A DNA stretch of 64,000 bases from an uncultured Methanosarcinales archaeon (GTDB taxonomy: Archaea > Halobacteriota > Methanosarcinia > Methanotrichales > Methanotrichaceae). The stretch is taken from positions 96,001 to 160,000 of the forward strand of contig CAWJKV010000014.1 in the NCBI GenBank assembly GCA_963843555.1, read 5' to 3'. Positions 1 through 10,900 of the stretch are shown one piece after another; position 1 is the first letter of the stretch; each line of letters opens with the position of its first letter. Under the pieces are notes generated by a model, which did not search any database, was not told the DNA's origin, and was given only the letters and a program-made list of their open reading frames with translations. Both the position numbers and the translations under genes were made by a program.

Positions 1-1694
1 TTGCAGATGTAGGTGGTAATGATTTCATTATCGCCGGTCAGGATCTTGACGTCGACGTTCAAAGCATGCAGCCGTTTCAGTGCCTCCGAGGCGGTCTCCT
101 TGGGCGGGTCGAGGAAGGCCAGGAAACCCAGCAGTATCAGATCTGATTCATCCTTGACCGAGTAAACCGGTTCGTCCTTCGCTCCCGGCATTTCTTTGTA
201 CGCCAGAGCTATTACGCGAAAGCCCTCACCGTTCAGAACGCCTGCCATCTGCCGGCTCTTGGCGTCGTGTTCGGGCGACATGCTGGCGACTTCGCCGTTG
301 ATTTCCACCCGGCTGCACTGGCTCATCACTTCATCCAGTGCGCCTTTGCAGATGAGCGTGTTCAGACCGGTCTCATCTTCGATCACCACCGACATCCTAC
401 GCCGTACAAAATCGAAGGGGATCTCGTCAATCTTGCGGTACTTTTCATTGGCTTTCAGGCGATCTTCCAGCTCCTCGTGATCGAGAATCGCCTCGTCGAG
501 CAGGTTCTTGAGCCCGGTATGGTGGTAGCTGTTCAGGTAGCCATAGTGCAGCACCTTCTCGCTGGGCTCACCCAAGACGTCAAGGTGCTTTTCCAGCACG
601 ATCTTTCCTTTGGTAATGGTCCCAGTTTTATCCGTGCACAGGACATCCATGGCACCGAAGTTTTGGATGGCGTTCAGGCGTTTGACTATCACCTTCTTGG
701 CCGACATCATGACTGCGCCCTGGGATAGATTGACAGTCACGATCATGGGCAGCATCTCAGGTGTCAGACCTACGGCCACTGCTACGGCAAAGAGGAATGC
801 TTCCGCCCAGTTGTGTTTGGTCAGTCCGTTGATCAGGAAGACGGCTGGCACCATCACCGCCATGAAGCGGATCATCAGCCAGGTGAATTGGCTGATGCCC
901 TTGTCGAAACTGGTGAGCTCACGAGGGGCCACGATACTAGCAGCCAGCGATCCAAAATAAGTCCGGTCTCCAGTGTGCACCACTACTGCGGTCGCGGATC
1001 CGCTTTCCACATTTGAGCCCAGAAAGCAGATGTTGGCAAGGTCCAGAGGGCTCTGTTCCCCGGCCGGCTGGGATGCGGCTTTTTTCTCCACAGGCAGTGA
1101 TTCGCCGGTAAGGGCCGATTGATTCAGGAAAAGGTCTTTGGCAAGCAGCAACCGCACGTCTGCTGGCACCAGATCGCCGGCAGCAAGCAAAATGATGTCG
1201 CCCGGCACCAACATCTTGAGTGGAACCTCTGATTCCTTGCCGCCCCTCACCAGTGTGGCAGTGCTGCTGACCATCGCTTTGAGCTTTTCAGCCGCATTAT
1301 CAGCACGCATCTCCTGATAAAAACGCAGCACGACACCCAGCAGCACCATCACGAAGATGACCGCTGTCGCCCGTATGTCGCCGGTGAGAAAAGAGATCAC
1401 GCCTAAAGCCGTTAGAAGAATGACCAGTGGATTCTTGACGTTACTGAGCAGACGCATGAGCCCAGACTGGCGTTTTTCTCGGGCGACCTCATTGGGGCCA
1501 TACTTTTTCAGGCGAGAATCGGCTTCCGACTGGCTCAAGCCTTCAAGGCCAGTTTCAAGATCCTGCAGGACGGTATCGTTGCTCTGACGCGACTTTTCCA
1601 GCAGCTCTGCCGAGACTTCTGCCTCTTTTTCGCTCGCTGGTTTGCCGGAAGGCTGAGGTGAGTTAGGAGTGGTCTTGGTTTTTACAGGTTCCAT
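1..1694 (-). CDS. mgtA: Magnesium-translocating P-type ATPase (3' end runs off the window)
   Basis: Minus-strand frame from ATG at 1694 contains LTGES, LVPGDII, the phosphorylation motif LCTDKTGTIT (about 612-641), FLAFLDPPKE and VKILTGD. Missing from the ORF track because it has no stop in the window. Confidence 0.88.
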   Translation of the reverse strand, partial: MEPVKTKTTPNSPQPSGKPASEKEAEVSAELLEKSRQSNDTVLQDLETGLEGLSQSEADSRLKKYGPNEVAREKRQSGLMRLLSNVKNPLVILLTALGVISFLTGDIRATAVIFVMVLLGVVLRFYQEMRADNAAEKLKAMVSSTATLVRGGKESEVPLKMLVPGDIILLAAGDLVPADVRLLLAKDLFLNQSALTGESLPVEKKAASQPAGEQSPLDLANICFLGSNVESGSATAVVVHTGDRTYFGSLAASIVAPRELTSFDKGISQFTWLMIRFMAVMVPAVFLINGLTKHNWAEAFLFAVAVAVGLTPEMLPMIVTVNLSQGAVMMSAKKVIVKRLNAIQNFGAMDVLCTDKTGTITKGKIVLEKHLDVLGEPSEKVLHYGYLNSYHHTGLKNLLDEAILDHEELEDRLKANEKYRKIDEIPFDFVRRRMSVVIEDETGLNTLICKGALDEVMSQCSRVEINGEVASMSPEHDAKSRQMAGVLNGEGFRVIALAYKEMPGAKDEPVYSVKDESDLILLGFLAFLDPPKETASEALKRLHALNVDVKILTGDNEIITTYIC

Positions 1695-1839
1695 TCTATT
1701 ATATCATCATATTGAATCGTATAAGGAATTATTGATTGATGATCCTCCAATTGACAAGAAAGATTTCATGAGAAAAATTGAGATATATGGTGCCAATTGC
1801 TTTCCATTCTGCAATCGTCATACTCTAGCCAGCATTTTT

Positions 1840-2592
1840 TTAGCCGCATCTTCCCTCTGCATCACAATCATGGTCGCAGCAATCAATATCCAGACATTTT
1901 GTGCAGCCCCCAACGGGTGGGATACAGATGTTCCTATATTCAGGATTTAATTGCACGGAATTAAATGCCTGAAGAAGCCGGGAAGAATCGGCATCAAATT
2001 GATCAAAAGGCGCATAGATTCCCAGGACATAATCGACTATGGTTCCATAACCGTACAGATCTCTAGTTTCGATTACAAAAGATCCCTGGGATGGAATGCC
2101 GTTTATAGAGAACTCGCAGCGAATCGCCTTCGCAGAAGAGGGCGCTGTGGAATAGGCAAATCCGCTTAATAAGGTAGCTATGTCTTGATTATTATAGAAA
2201 CTCGAGTCCTCGTAACTGATAATTTCCAAACCTTCAATCTTGCTCTCCCCCAGGCTGAAATCCTGAGCCATATAGTTCTCCAGGTAAGACTCGGGTGTGG
2301 TGCCGGAAGGAAGCATAAGATAGCCTTCATGTAGCCGGCTCAGGTAAACAACTCCCCGGGCTGCATTGGAGCCATCCTGGGCAGTGATGCCATTGCACTC
2401 ATTACCGGAGACAGTCCATCCCTCAGGCAGAGAAATGGTGTAATAGTTATCAGAGGAATAGTAATTATTTAAGTCTCCTCCGTCTACCTGACCGGAGCTT
2501 ATGCCCATTAACATAATCAGCAAGGGAACTAAAATTGATTGTGATGACGACGATCTCAAGGTCTTCCCCCACCTAAGAGAAAATATCAACAA
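1840..2592 (-). CDS. Secreted hypothetical protein with Cys-rich C-terminal tail
   Basis: 250-aa ORF; hydrophobic signal-like segment; YTISLPEGW motif; ends CIPPVGGCTKCLDIDCCDHDCDAEGRCG. Confidence 0.7.
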   Translation of the reverse strand: MLIFSLRWGKTLRSSSSQSILVPLLIMLMGISSGQVDGGDLNNYYSSDNYYTISLPEGWTVSGNECNGITAQDGSNAARGVVYLSRLHEGYLMLPSGTTPESYLENYMAQDFSLGESKIEGLEIISYEDSSFYNNQDIATLLSGFAYSTAPSSAKAIRCEFSINGIPSQGSFVIETRDLYGYGTIVDYVLGIYAPFDQFDADSSRLLQAFNSVQLNPEYRNICIPPVGGCTKCLDIDCCDHDCDAEGRCG

Positions 2593-2894
2593 CTTTGATA
2601 TAAATAACCATCGCAGGATGAAGGTAATGGATGGCAGAAAGAAGGAACTCGGAGACTAAGTAGAGCCGGATGGAGTTGAGCTAATTTGGGCGGTTTCATT
2701 TTATATCGACTGCCCAAGCCTGTAACCGATATGGCGAAAGCTATTCGATATTTATGCAATATGTTTTTGCACTTCATCGAGAGGGGTTCCCGGCGTTATA
2801 GAGGTAAAGTGACATGCGTATTTTTCAAATAGTATGAGATACAGTTGTTACCAATTAGGATTGGTAGAGTATTAAGATCCAAGGAGAGGATATT

Positions 2895-3344
2895 ATGGGA
2901 AAGAATAGAGTCCTTTCGATAATGCTGGCACTAATTTTGTTAACATGCTGCTCAGGAGTTCAAGGGACAGCAACTAACCTCTTAAGGCTGGAGGGATCAA
3001 GTGGCTGGACACAACAGATAACTGTTAACCAGGGAACAACGGCGTATCTCGTTGTGCTCGCAGAAAAAGAAGGAATCGGCACTCTCAATGAACTATCTCC
3101 GGATGGCCGCGTACGTAAATACAACTATTTCTTCCGGATCTATGATCGTCTGCCATACTACGCAAATGAGCCTGGGCGACACGTCCTGTCCTATACTATA
3201 GATGGTAGGAAGAGCAATCCGGTGGTAATCGATGTAGCAGGCACGAGCCAGCCAATCCCTTACCCAGTGCCATATGTTGCGTCCCCGATGGGAGCTTACC
3301 AACCTGCCGATCGAGCACCAAATTATGTGGGTGCCCATTATTGA
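2895..3344 (+). CDS. Secreted hypothetical protein (beta-rich domain shared with 14856-15849)
   Basis: GGAG/GAGG RBS, signal peptide, visible alignment to the 14.9-kb protein. Confidence 0.75.
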   Translation: MGKNRVLSIMLALILLTCCSGVQGTATNLLRLEGSSGWTQQITVNQGTTAYLVVLAEKEGIGTLNELSPDGRVRKYNYFFRIYDRLPYYANEPGRHVLSYTIDGRKSNPVVIDVAGTSQPIPYPVPYVASPMGAYQPADRAPNYVGAHY

Positions 3345-3438
3345 TACCGTCAAGTTCCAACTCAGATGATAGAGGGATAAATTGATATGGGAATACCCAA
3401 TGTATTACCATTAATCGTTATGTAAGCAGGGAGAGGTT

Positions 3439-3555
3439 ATGTTCAACTTGTTCAAGAGAGGTACGGAAACCACTGCGAAGGTGGACAAGAAGAAAGAGAA
3501 ACAAGAGGATAGAAGACAGAGAGCGCAGGCCAGAGGACAGAAACCCATAAAATAG
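3439..3555 (+). CDS. Small basic protein, 38 aa (MFNLFKRGTETTAKVDKKKEKQEDRRQRAQARGQKPIK)
   Basis: Manual translation; GGAGAGG RBS just upstream of the ATG; below the ORF-track length cutoff. Confidence 0.45.
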   Translation: MFNLFKRGTETTAKVDKKKEKQEDRRQRAQARGQKPIK

Positions 3556-3600
3556 TCGCCTGGAATTATAAAGGAACATGAATTGGTGGGAGAATAGATG

Positions 3601-3796
3601 ATCATAAGATCATAAGATCATAAGATCATAAGATCATAAGATCATAAGATCATAAGATCATAAGATCATAAGATCATAAGATCATAAGATCATAAGATCA
3701 TAAGATCATAAGATCATAAGATCATAAGATCATAAGATCATAAGATCATAAGATCATAAGATCATAAGATCATAAGATCATAAGATCATAAGATCA
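3601..3796. repeat. Perfect tandem repeat (ATCATAAG)24 plus a partial unit
   Basis: Read directly: 24 uninterrupted 8-mers at 3601-3792, then ATCA. Confidence 0.98.
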
Positions 3797-3975
3797 GCTT
3801 GCACGCGCCCGGTCATGGTTCCAATCATGGATTTACAGTCGAAGTCTTAAATTGACTTCGCCGGTTTGAACACTTAACATAGTTCTTTGGCAATCGTTTT
3901 TTATCTCCCCGCGCCTGTAGGCTTTGGCCAGAATCTTCCCACCGATACCTTTTCGCCCTTGCGCCCAAAAAAATC

Positions 3976-4641
3976 TCATCCGCACCCAATTCCAGGGAAA
4001 TATTCGTTAACCGTGTCCTGAACTTCATCCAGCCAGGCCTGTCTCTGCGAGGGGGCGCTCGTCACCACAACTGAGAACGTTTTTCTGTAGAATTCAGTGA
4101 CGCCACATAGACCAAATATGCAGTCCTCCCAGATCCTCTGCAAAGGATCTCCAAAGCTATTCCGTTCTCGCCTGGCATCAGTATTGGACGTATTGAAGAC
4201 GAGAGCCTTCCCGGCCCGGAGCCGCCCGCAGGGCACTCCTTCTCCGCTATCGCCTTCCAAAAACTCGTAGGCAACTCCCGGACGCATGACTCTGTCCACC
4301 CAACCCTTGAGGATGGCAGGCGGCATGCCCCACCAATTGGGATGAACTATTATTATTCCGTCAGCATTATGGAGCTCATGGCAGTGACTCTGGATCAGAG
4401 GACCAACAGTTGCGGATTTGGGAATCTCCTCCCAGGGAAGGATGGGGTCGAAGCCCTCCAGATAGAGGTCATGGAACGCTACTTCATAGCCATTCCCTTC
4501 CAGGGTTTCCAGGGCTTTTCCTGCAATGGCATGGTTGAAGCTTCCAGTGCAGGGGTGGGCGAGAATCAGTGAGACTTTCATTATAATCATTCCTTTTCTT
4601 ATTCTGGCCTCGGAGAGTTTAATTGATTTTGCATCTCGCAC
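3976..4641 (-). CDS. NAD(P)H-dependent oxidoreductase, flavodoxin-2 (MdaB/KefG-like) family; likely start at MKVSLILAH (about 4581)
   Basis: AHP..GSFNHA, HDLY..GFDP and PNWWGMPPAILKGWVDRV motifs. Confidence 0.9.
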   Translation of the reverse strand: MRDAKSIKLSEARIRKGMIIMKVSLILAHPCTGSFNHAIAGKALETLEGNGYEVAFHDLYLEGFDPILPWEEIPKSATVGPLIQSHCHELHNADGIIIVHPNWWGMPPAILKGWVDRVMRPGVAYEFLEGDSGEGVPCGRLRAGKALVFNTSNTDARRERNSFGDPLQRIWEDCIFGLCGVTEFYRKTFSVVVTSAPSQRQAWLDEVQDTVNEYFPGIGCG

Positions 4642-4715
4642 TATGGAAGCTATTTGAATATCAGGCTTGCTTTACTTTGGAAATCTTTATATATTTTAAA
4701 TGACTATCAACGCAT

Positions 4716-7700
4716 GTGATCGGTGATCGTATGAAGCAGAATCTGGCTATCTTCTTCGTCTGCTTAGTGTGTCTGTTCTCTTGTACCGGTCTATCATTTG
4801 GTGATGGATCTGATATAGTGAACAGCAGCAGCACTTGGCAGGATGCATCGCTGTTGAATAAAGATCCAGGGACAGATAACGCCGCAGCGGATCCCAATAG
4901 CCTTCCACCAGGCATTCCCTCCAATCTGGAAGGATCCGAATTTATCATAAACGGCACAAAATTCGATGATCTGAACGGGGACGGTTTAAGATCTAAGGAC
5001 GAAAACGGCATTCCCGGCTGGACTATAGTCCTGAAGACCGACGGCATGGATTATCTCCAAACCACCACGGACGATGAAGGAGGGTATTCTTTCCCGAACC
5101 TGTCGCCAGGGATTTATACAGTTTCAGAGATCAACCCGGCGGGATGGAACCAGACCGCTCCAGGCGGAGGCAGCTATACAATCAACCTCATTGATAAAGA
5201 TGCAATAAACTATGATTTTGGCAACCATCCGGGCCCAGTAAGATCAGCCCCGAGAACGTATCCGATTATGTCCAGAAATGCCTGGCTCATTCATTCTCAA
5301 GGGGTGAAAAGGCTGAGCGAGGCGGAAGGATATAACACTACCGACCTTAAAGCCCAGGCAAATGCCAGCTTCCCTGCATCTATGAGTCTTTTAAGCCATG
5401 TTCCCTATATTCCAGATGAAAGAGACCAGGGCGTTTGTGGCAACTGCTGGGTTTGGGGTTGCACAGTGCCAGTTGAGATTGCCAATTATTTCCAGAATAA
5501 TGTATCCGACCGTCTCTCCATCCAGTACTTTAATTCCAACTATAACGGAGGAACTGGATCCTGGGCTTGCTGCGGTGGTTGGGAAGGAATTTTTGCAAGT
5601 TTCTACAATGCACAGAAAAAGTTCATTCCCTGGTCTAACACGAATGCTAATTATCGTGATGGAAATCGCCAGTGTGGCAGCTCAACCGGCGTTCCTGCGG
5701 GATCTATTTCCACCGCTCCTAGCTATCCAATTACATCCATACAATGGCATCTCATTCCCACCAGAGGCAGCGGCATCACTCAGGATCAGGCCATCAATAA
5801 CATCAAGGCCATACTCAACCAGAACAAAGCTGTAACACTGGGCTTCTACCTGCCCGACTTCAGTCCGTTCTTTTCCTACTGGAGCAGCAATTCAGGGGTC
5901 TGGAATCCAGACTTGTACTGTGGCCAGCCTGACGGAGCATATCCAGGCGGGCACGAAGTCACGATTGTCGGCTATAATGATACAAGCCCAACCGACCATT
6001 ACTGGATTGTGTTGAACAGTTGGGGTACCAACAATGCACACCCTGACGGCACCTACAAAGTCAACATGCATATGAATTACGGCTGCACGAATAGCGGTTA
6101 TTATTCATATGACTTCGGATACTTCGATGTAGTCTTTAGTACCATAAATACAGCACCGAACAAGCCTTTAGCACCATCAGGGCCTGGTAACGGCACTACT
6201 GGGATCTCCTACATCTATGTTACGTCTGCAACTGATCCTGATGGGGATCAGGTGTTGTACACATTCGACTGGGGAGACGGAACAACTCAGTCCCAAACGA
6301 GCCTGGTCAACTCAGGATCGAATGCAAGCGCATCTCATGTCTGGAACTCAGGAGGTATGTACCAGGTCAGAGCCTTTGCTACGGACAACAAAAGTGCATC
6401 CTCAGGATGGTCCGAGGCGTTAACAGTTGCTATAAATGAGACAATCAATACTCCACCGCAAATGCCCCTGGTGCCCATTGGTCCGAATTCCGGCACAACA
6501 GAGACCGCCTACTCCTACATTACGTCTGCAACTGATCCTGATGGAGACCGGGTGTTGTACATATTCGACTGGGGAGACGGAACAACTCAGTCCCAGACGG
6601 GTTTGGTAGATTCAGGATCGAATGCAAGCGCATCTCATATCTGGGACGCGGCAGGGACCTACCAGATAAGCGCTTTCGCCATGGATAGCAGAGGTGCATC
6701 GTCTGATCGGTCGAATGCAACGGAGATCGTCATAGATGAGATGCCAAACAGACCTCCAGAAACACCCTCCGCGCCGACAGGACCCAATTCCGGAACCATA
6801 GAGACCTCCTACCTCTATGCTACGTCTGCAACGGATCCTGACGGAGACCGAATAATATACACTTTCGATTGGGGAGATGGTTCTGCAGAGTCACAGACGG
6901 GATCGGTGAACTCAGGTTCAAATGCCTATGCATCTCACAGCTGGAACGCGGCAGGAACGTATCAGTTGAAAGCATTTGCAACAGATAGCGAAGGTGCGGA
7001 CTCTGGATGGTCAGATTCAACAACTGTTATCGTAAATGAGCCGCCTAATTCGCCCCCTAATACACCATCGGCACCTTATGGAATTGCATCAGGAAAAGCA
7101 GGAAACGCTTACAGTTATGCCACATATGTATCCGATCCCAATAGCGATCAGGTGAAGTGCACATTTGACTGGGGAGATGGAACAACCTCTGAAACGGATT
7201 ATATCGCCTCAGGAACCCAGGCAACTGGATCTCACACCTGGAACAGCGGAGGAACATATCGGGTCAAAGTCATGGCAACCGATAGCAAAGATGCAAATTC
7301 GGGATGGTCGGCTGCAAAGACGGTAATCATTGCCGGGAATAGTCCTCCCAGAACACCGGCAAAACCCACAGGACTCTCTTCGGGCAAGATAGGAACCTCT
7401 TACGGCTTTGCTACATACGCAGCTGATCCGGATAGAGATCGGGTAATGTATACATTTGACTGGGGAGATGGAACAACCTCTGAAACGGGTTACGTCGCCT
7501 CTGGAGCGCGGGCTAGTGGATCACACATCTGGAGCAATGGAGGATCATATCCGGTCAAAGCCATGGCTACCGATAGCAATGGTGCAAATTCGGGATGGTC
7601 AGCTGCAAAGACGGTCGTCATAAATGCTCCACCTGATTCGCCACAAGCGCCTTCCGGCCCGGGTTCCGGCGCTCGGGGAGCATACTATACCTACACCACC

Positions 7701-7913
7701 TCGGCAACTGACCCCGATGGGAACAGGGTGAAGTGTACATTCGATTGGGGAGATGGAACAATCTCCACCACAGGTCTGGTAAACAGTGGAGCGAGCGTCA
7801 GTGCATCCCACAGATGGACCAGAGCAAAAGAGTATCAGGTCAAAGCGAAAGCTATTGATACTCAGGGTGCAATTTCAGAGTGGTCGAATTCGTTATCGGT
7901 CACGATAACCTGA
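4716..7913 (+). CDS. Secreted C1 (papain-like) cysteine peptidase with an SdrD-B-like domain and six PKD-like repeats
   Basis: Signal peptide; GTKFDDLNGDG..D..E.GIPGW (SdrD-B-like); catalytic DQGVCGNCW, GGHEVTIVGY, NSWG; six FDWGDG repeats. Confidence 0.9.
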   Translation: MIGDRMKQNLAIFFVCLVCLFSCTGLSFGDGSDIVNSSSTWQDASLLNKDPGTDNAAADPNSLPPGIPSNLEGSEFIINGTKFDDLNGDGLRSKDENGIPGWTIVLKTDGMDYLQTTTDDEGGYSFPNLSPGIYTVSEINPAGWNQTAPGGGSYTINLIDKDAINYDFGNHPGPVRSAPRTYPIMSRNAWLIHSQGVKRLSEAEGYNTTDLKAQANASFPASMSLLSHVPYIPDERDQGVCGNCWVWGCTVPVEIANYFQNNVSDRLSIQYFNSNYNGGTGSWACCGGWEGIFASFYNAQKKFIPWSNTNANYRDGNRQCGSSTGVPAGSISTAPSYPITSIQWHLIPTRGSGITQDQAINNIKAILNQNKAVTLGFYLPDFSPFFSYWSSNSGVWNPDLYCGQPDGAYPGGHEVTIVGYNDTSPTDHYWIVLNSWGTNNAHPDGTYKVNMHMNYGCTNSGYYSYDFGYFDVVFSTINTAPNKPLAPSGPGNGTTGISYIYVTSATDPDGDQVLYTFDWGDGTTQSQTSLVNSGSNASASHVWNSGGMYQVRAFATDNKSASSGWSEALTVAINETINTPPQMPLVPIGPNSGTTETAYSYITSATDPDGDRVLYIFDWGDGTTQSQTGLVDSGSNASASHIWDAAGTYQISAFAMDSRGASSDRSNATEIVIDEMPNRPPETPSAPTGPNSGTIETSYLYATSATDPDGDRIIYTFDWGDGSAESQTGSVNSGSNAYASHSWNAAGTYQLKAFATDSEGADSGWSDSTTVIVNEPPNSPPNTPSAPYGIASGKAGNAYSYATYVSDPNSDQVKCTFDWGDGTTSETDYIASGTQATGSHTWNSGGTYRVKVMATDSKDANSGWSAAKTVIIAGNSPPRTPAKPTGLSSGKIGTSYGFATYAADPDRDRVMYTFDWGDGTTSETGYVASGARASGSHIWSNGGSYPVKAMATDSNGANSGWSAAKTVVINAPPDSPQAPSGPGSGARGAYYTYTTSATDPDGNRVKCTFDWGDGTISTTGLVNSGASVSASHRWTRAKEYQVKAKAIDTQGAISEWSNSLSVTIT

Positions 7914-7948
7914 AGTGAACAGGGCAGGGAGCTGGATGAATCCGGCAG

Positions 7949-7970
7949 ACCCGGGCTCCCGGTTTTTTTT
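7949..7970 (+). terminator. Short GC hairpin plus T8 tract between convergent genes
   Basis: CCGG-GCTC-CCGG followed by TTTTTTTT, downstream of the peptidase stop. Confidence 0.5.
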
Positions 7971-10900
7971 AGCTGTCGGCCTTTGTTATCGCCAGCCATC
8001 TGGCGAGCATTTCCGCCAGTTCCTTTTGTTGGACTGGTTTGGCAATAAAATCGTTCATTCCGGCCTGAATACACTTATCTCTATCACCTCGCATGGTAAA
8101 GGCGGTCATGGCGATGATGGGAATTTTCGGGTTGAGGATCTTTGATCCTTCCCGGCGGATGCTGCGAGTCGCCTCGAAACCGTCCATCTCGGGCATCTGG
8201 CAGTCCATCAGCACCAGGTCGTAGGGAATGATCCGGAGCGCATTGATGGCTTCCTGACCATTGGCCACCACATCAGCCCGGAAGCCTATCTTTTTCAGCA
8301 TGGCCTGTGCCACTTTCTGGTTTATGGGATTATCCTCCGCCACAAGGATGCGTATTTTACGCTTGTCGGATTCGGAAATGGCAGGCACGACGGCGGAAGA
8401 GCGTTCTCTTGGTCCCTCGCCCTCAATTTCGGTGAGCGATGCGGCGTTTAAAGGCTGCTTCTCAAACACGGCAGTGAACCAGAAGGTCGATCCTTTGCCT
8501 TCTTCGCTTTCTACACCGATCCTTCCTCCCATCAATTCCGCTAGCTGTTTGGAGATGGCCAGTCCCAAACCGGTTCCTCCGTACTTGCGTGTGGTCGAGC
8601 CATCGACTTGAGTGAAGGGGGAGAAAAGAATATCCTGCCGGTCTGCAGGGATGCCTATGCCTGTGTCACTCACAGAAAACCGCAGCACAACATTTTTTTC
8701 ATCTTCACTCTCCAGCATAGCTTGAATCGTGATCTTGCCAGAAGACGTGAACTTCACCGCATTGGTTCCCAGATTGACTAAAATCTGGCGCAGCCTTCCA
8801 GGATCACCTCGCAGTAGCATTGGCACCCCGGGCAGTACCCGGCAGACCAGCTCCAGCCCTTTCTCATGAGCTCCAATGGCCAAAAAATCGAATGTATCCT
8901 TCAGCGTAGAGCCCAGGTCGAAGCTCAGGATCTCCAGCTCCAGTTTGCCGGCCTCGATCTTGGAGGAGTCCAGGATGTCGTTGACGAGGGAGAGCAGTGT
9001 CTCGCTGCTAATACGAGCCATTTGCGCATATTCACGAGCTTCTGCATTCAGGTTCATATCCATCAGCAATCCGATCATGCCGATGACGCCGTTCAAAGGG
9101 GTCCGGATCTCATGGCTCATATTAGCCAGGAATTCGCTCTTAGCAGCATTGGCCTCCCTGGCCTGCCTGGCCATCTCGTTGGCTCGTGCTGTCTGCTCCA
9201 CGAGATCATCGTTGAGCCGGTTGGCTTCGATCAGAGATTCAAGCAGCTCTTCGTCCACATGGGCTGTCTGGATGACCTGGGTGGTCATGTTGCTCAGGTT
9301 GTCAAGTTGCGCATCATCTTCGAAGGTGATAGGTCGTTTGCTGAAAAGGGCCAGGACTCCTAAGGTGTCTCCGCCTGGTGGACGCAGCTGGTAGCCGGCA
9401 AACGAAACGAGGCCGATCTCCTTTGCCCATGCGCGATTATGAACCCGGGGCTCGTTCTGCACATCATTGGTAAGGAACCTGTGTTCCTGCCCCGAAGCTA
9501 AGAGTCCGATCTTGTAGCAACCGAAAGGCACGCGCCCGTGAACCTCACCGTTAGTATGCGGATACCGCCCTGAACTCGCAATAAGTCGAAGACATTGGTC
9601 TCTATAAAGGCAGACATGCGGCCCATCCTTCACCTCCGCGTGCTTGCATCCCGTCTCGCAGAGGTCTCCGGAACCGGTGATCCAAATACGGCAAAAGTCG
9701 GCCTCGAAGATATCTACCACACCGTCGGTGATCCTCTTGAGTTTCTGCTCCAATCTGCCAGGACTCAGTAAAGTCTGCTGAAGTTGATTCAACCTTTCCT
9801 GGCGTATAAAAGATTGCTCGCGGCTTAATTCGGCCTGTTTGCGCTTGGTTATATCCAGCATTACTCCCACGATGCCTGCTATCTCGCCGGCAAAATTTTT
9901 AAAAGTTGATTTGGTGAAATGGAATTCTCGATTCTCACCGTCAGAGCATCGCACCTGCCCTTCGTACACCTGGACGCCTAACTCCCGGAATAGTTCCTGG
10001 TCCTGCTCGTAATACCTATCTGCCAGGTCAAGAGGAATCCCTTCCGGTAATTCATAAACGGATTTGCCGATGATATTCTCTTTAGGCAGGCCAACGATTT
10101 GCCTGGCAAATGCATCGTTGCAGCCCAGATATCGGCCCTGCCTATCTTTGAAGAAGATTGGGCTGGGGATTGTTTCAATCAATGTTTCCAGGAATTTCAG
10201 GTTGTTTTGTAGAACTTCCTGCTCTCGTTTGCGCTCAGATACATCGCGGATGGACTCTATGGCACCTATTCTTTCTCCCAGAACATCAAAGATCGGTCCT
10301 GCCGTTGCCCAAACGTATGCCCCTTTACCCCTACGCAATGCGGATGCAAATGTCTCTGCATAGAGAGTGTTCCCAATCCTCTTTACATATTGATAATTCG
10401 AGGCGATCTCATTATCATCTTTATCCAGGAGATCCAGCAACTGCTTCCTTCGGAAACCATAAAAAGGAACTGTGTAGGCATGGTCTCCCTGCCCGATCAT
10501 CTCGTTCCTGCAAACACCTGTCATATCCTCCATGGCCCGGTTCCAGGCGATCACCAAACCAGCTTTATCCACAGCGAATGTGGCATCGGGAAGGAAATCA
10601 ATGATATCGGCCAGGCGTTGTTCTGATTCCCGCAATGCATTTTCCGCTCGTTTGCGCTCGGTGATGTCCCGCAACTGCTCAATAATGAAAACGATCTCCC
10701 CCTTTTCATTCAATACGGGATTAGATCGGCAGTCAAGATAGGTTCCATATTCTGGCAGATACTTCTCGCTCTGTTCCAACCTCTTCGTCTTCAGCGCCTT
10801 TTCGGTTGCACATTCTTCGCAGGGAATGTTTCGCCCGATCAGTTCATAGCATCGTCGCCCATGGACCTCCTCAGGAGAAAGGTTCAAAAATTCGTATCCG

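Noticed and set aside
3601..3796. 8-mer array as CRISPR or plasmid iterons
   Set aside because: No spacers, unit too short, and no rep or cas gene nearby.
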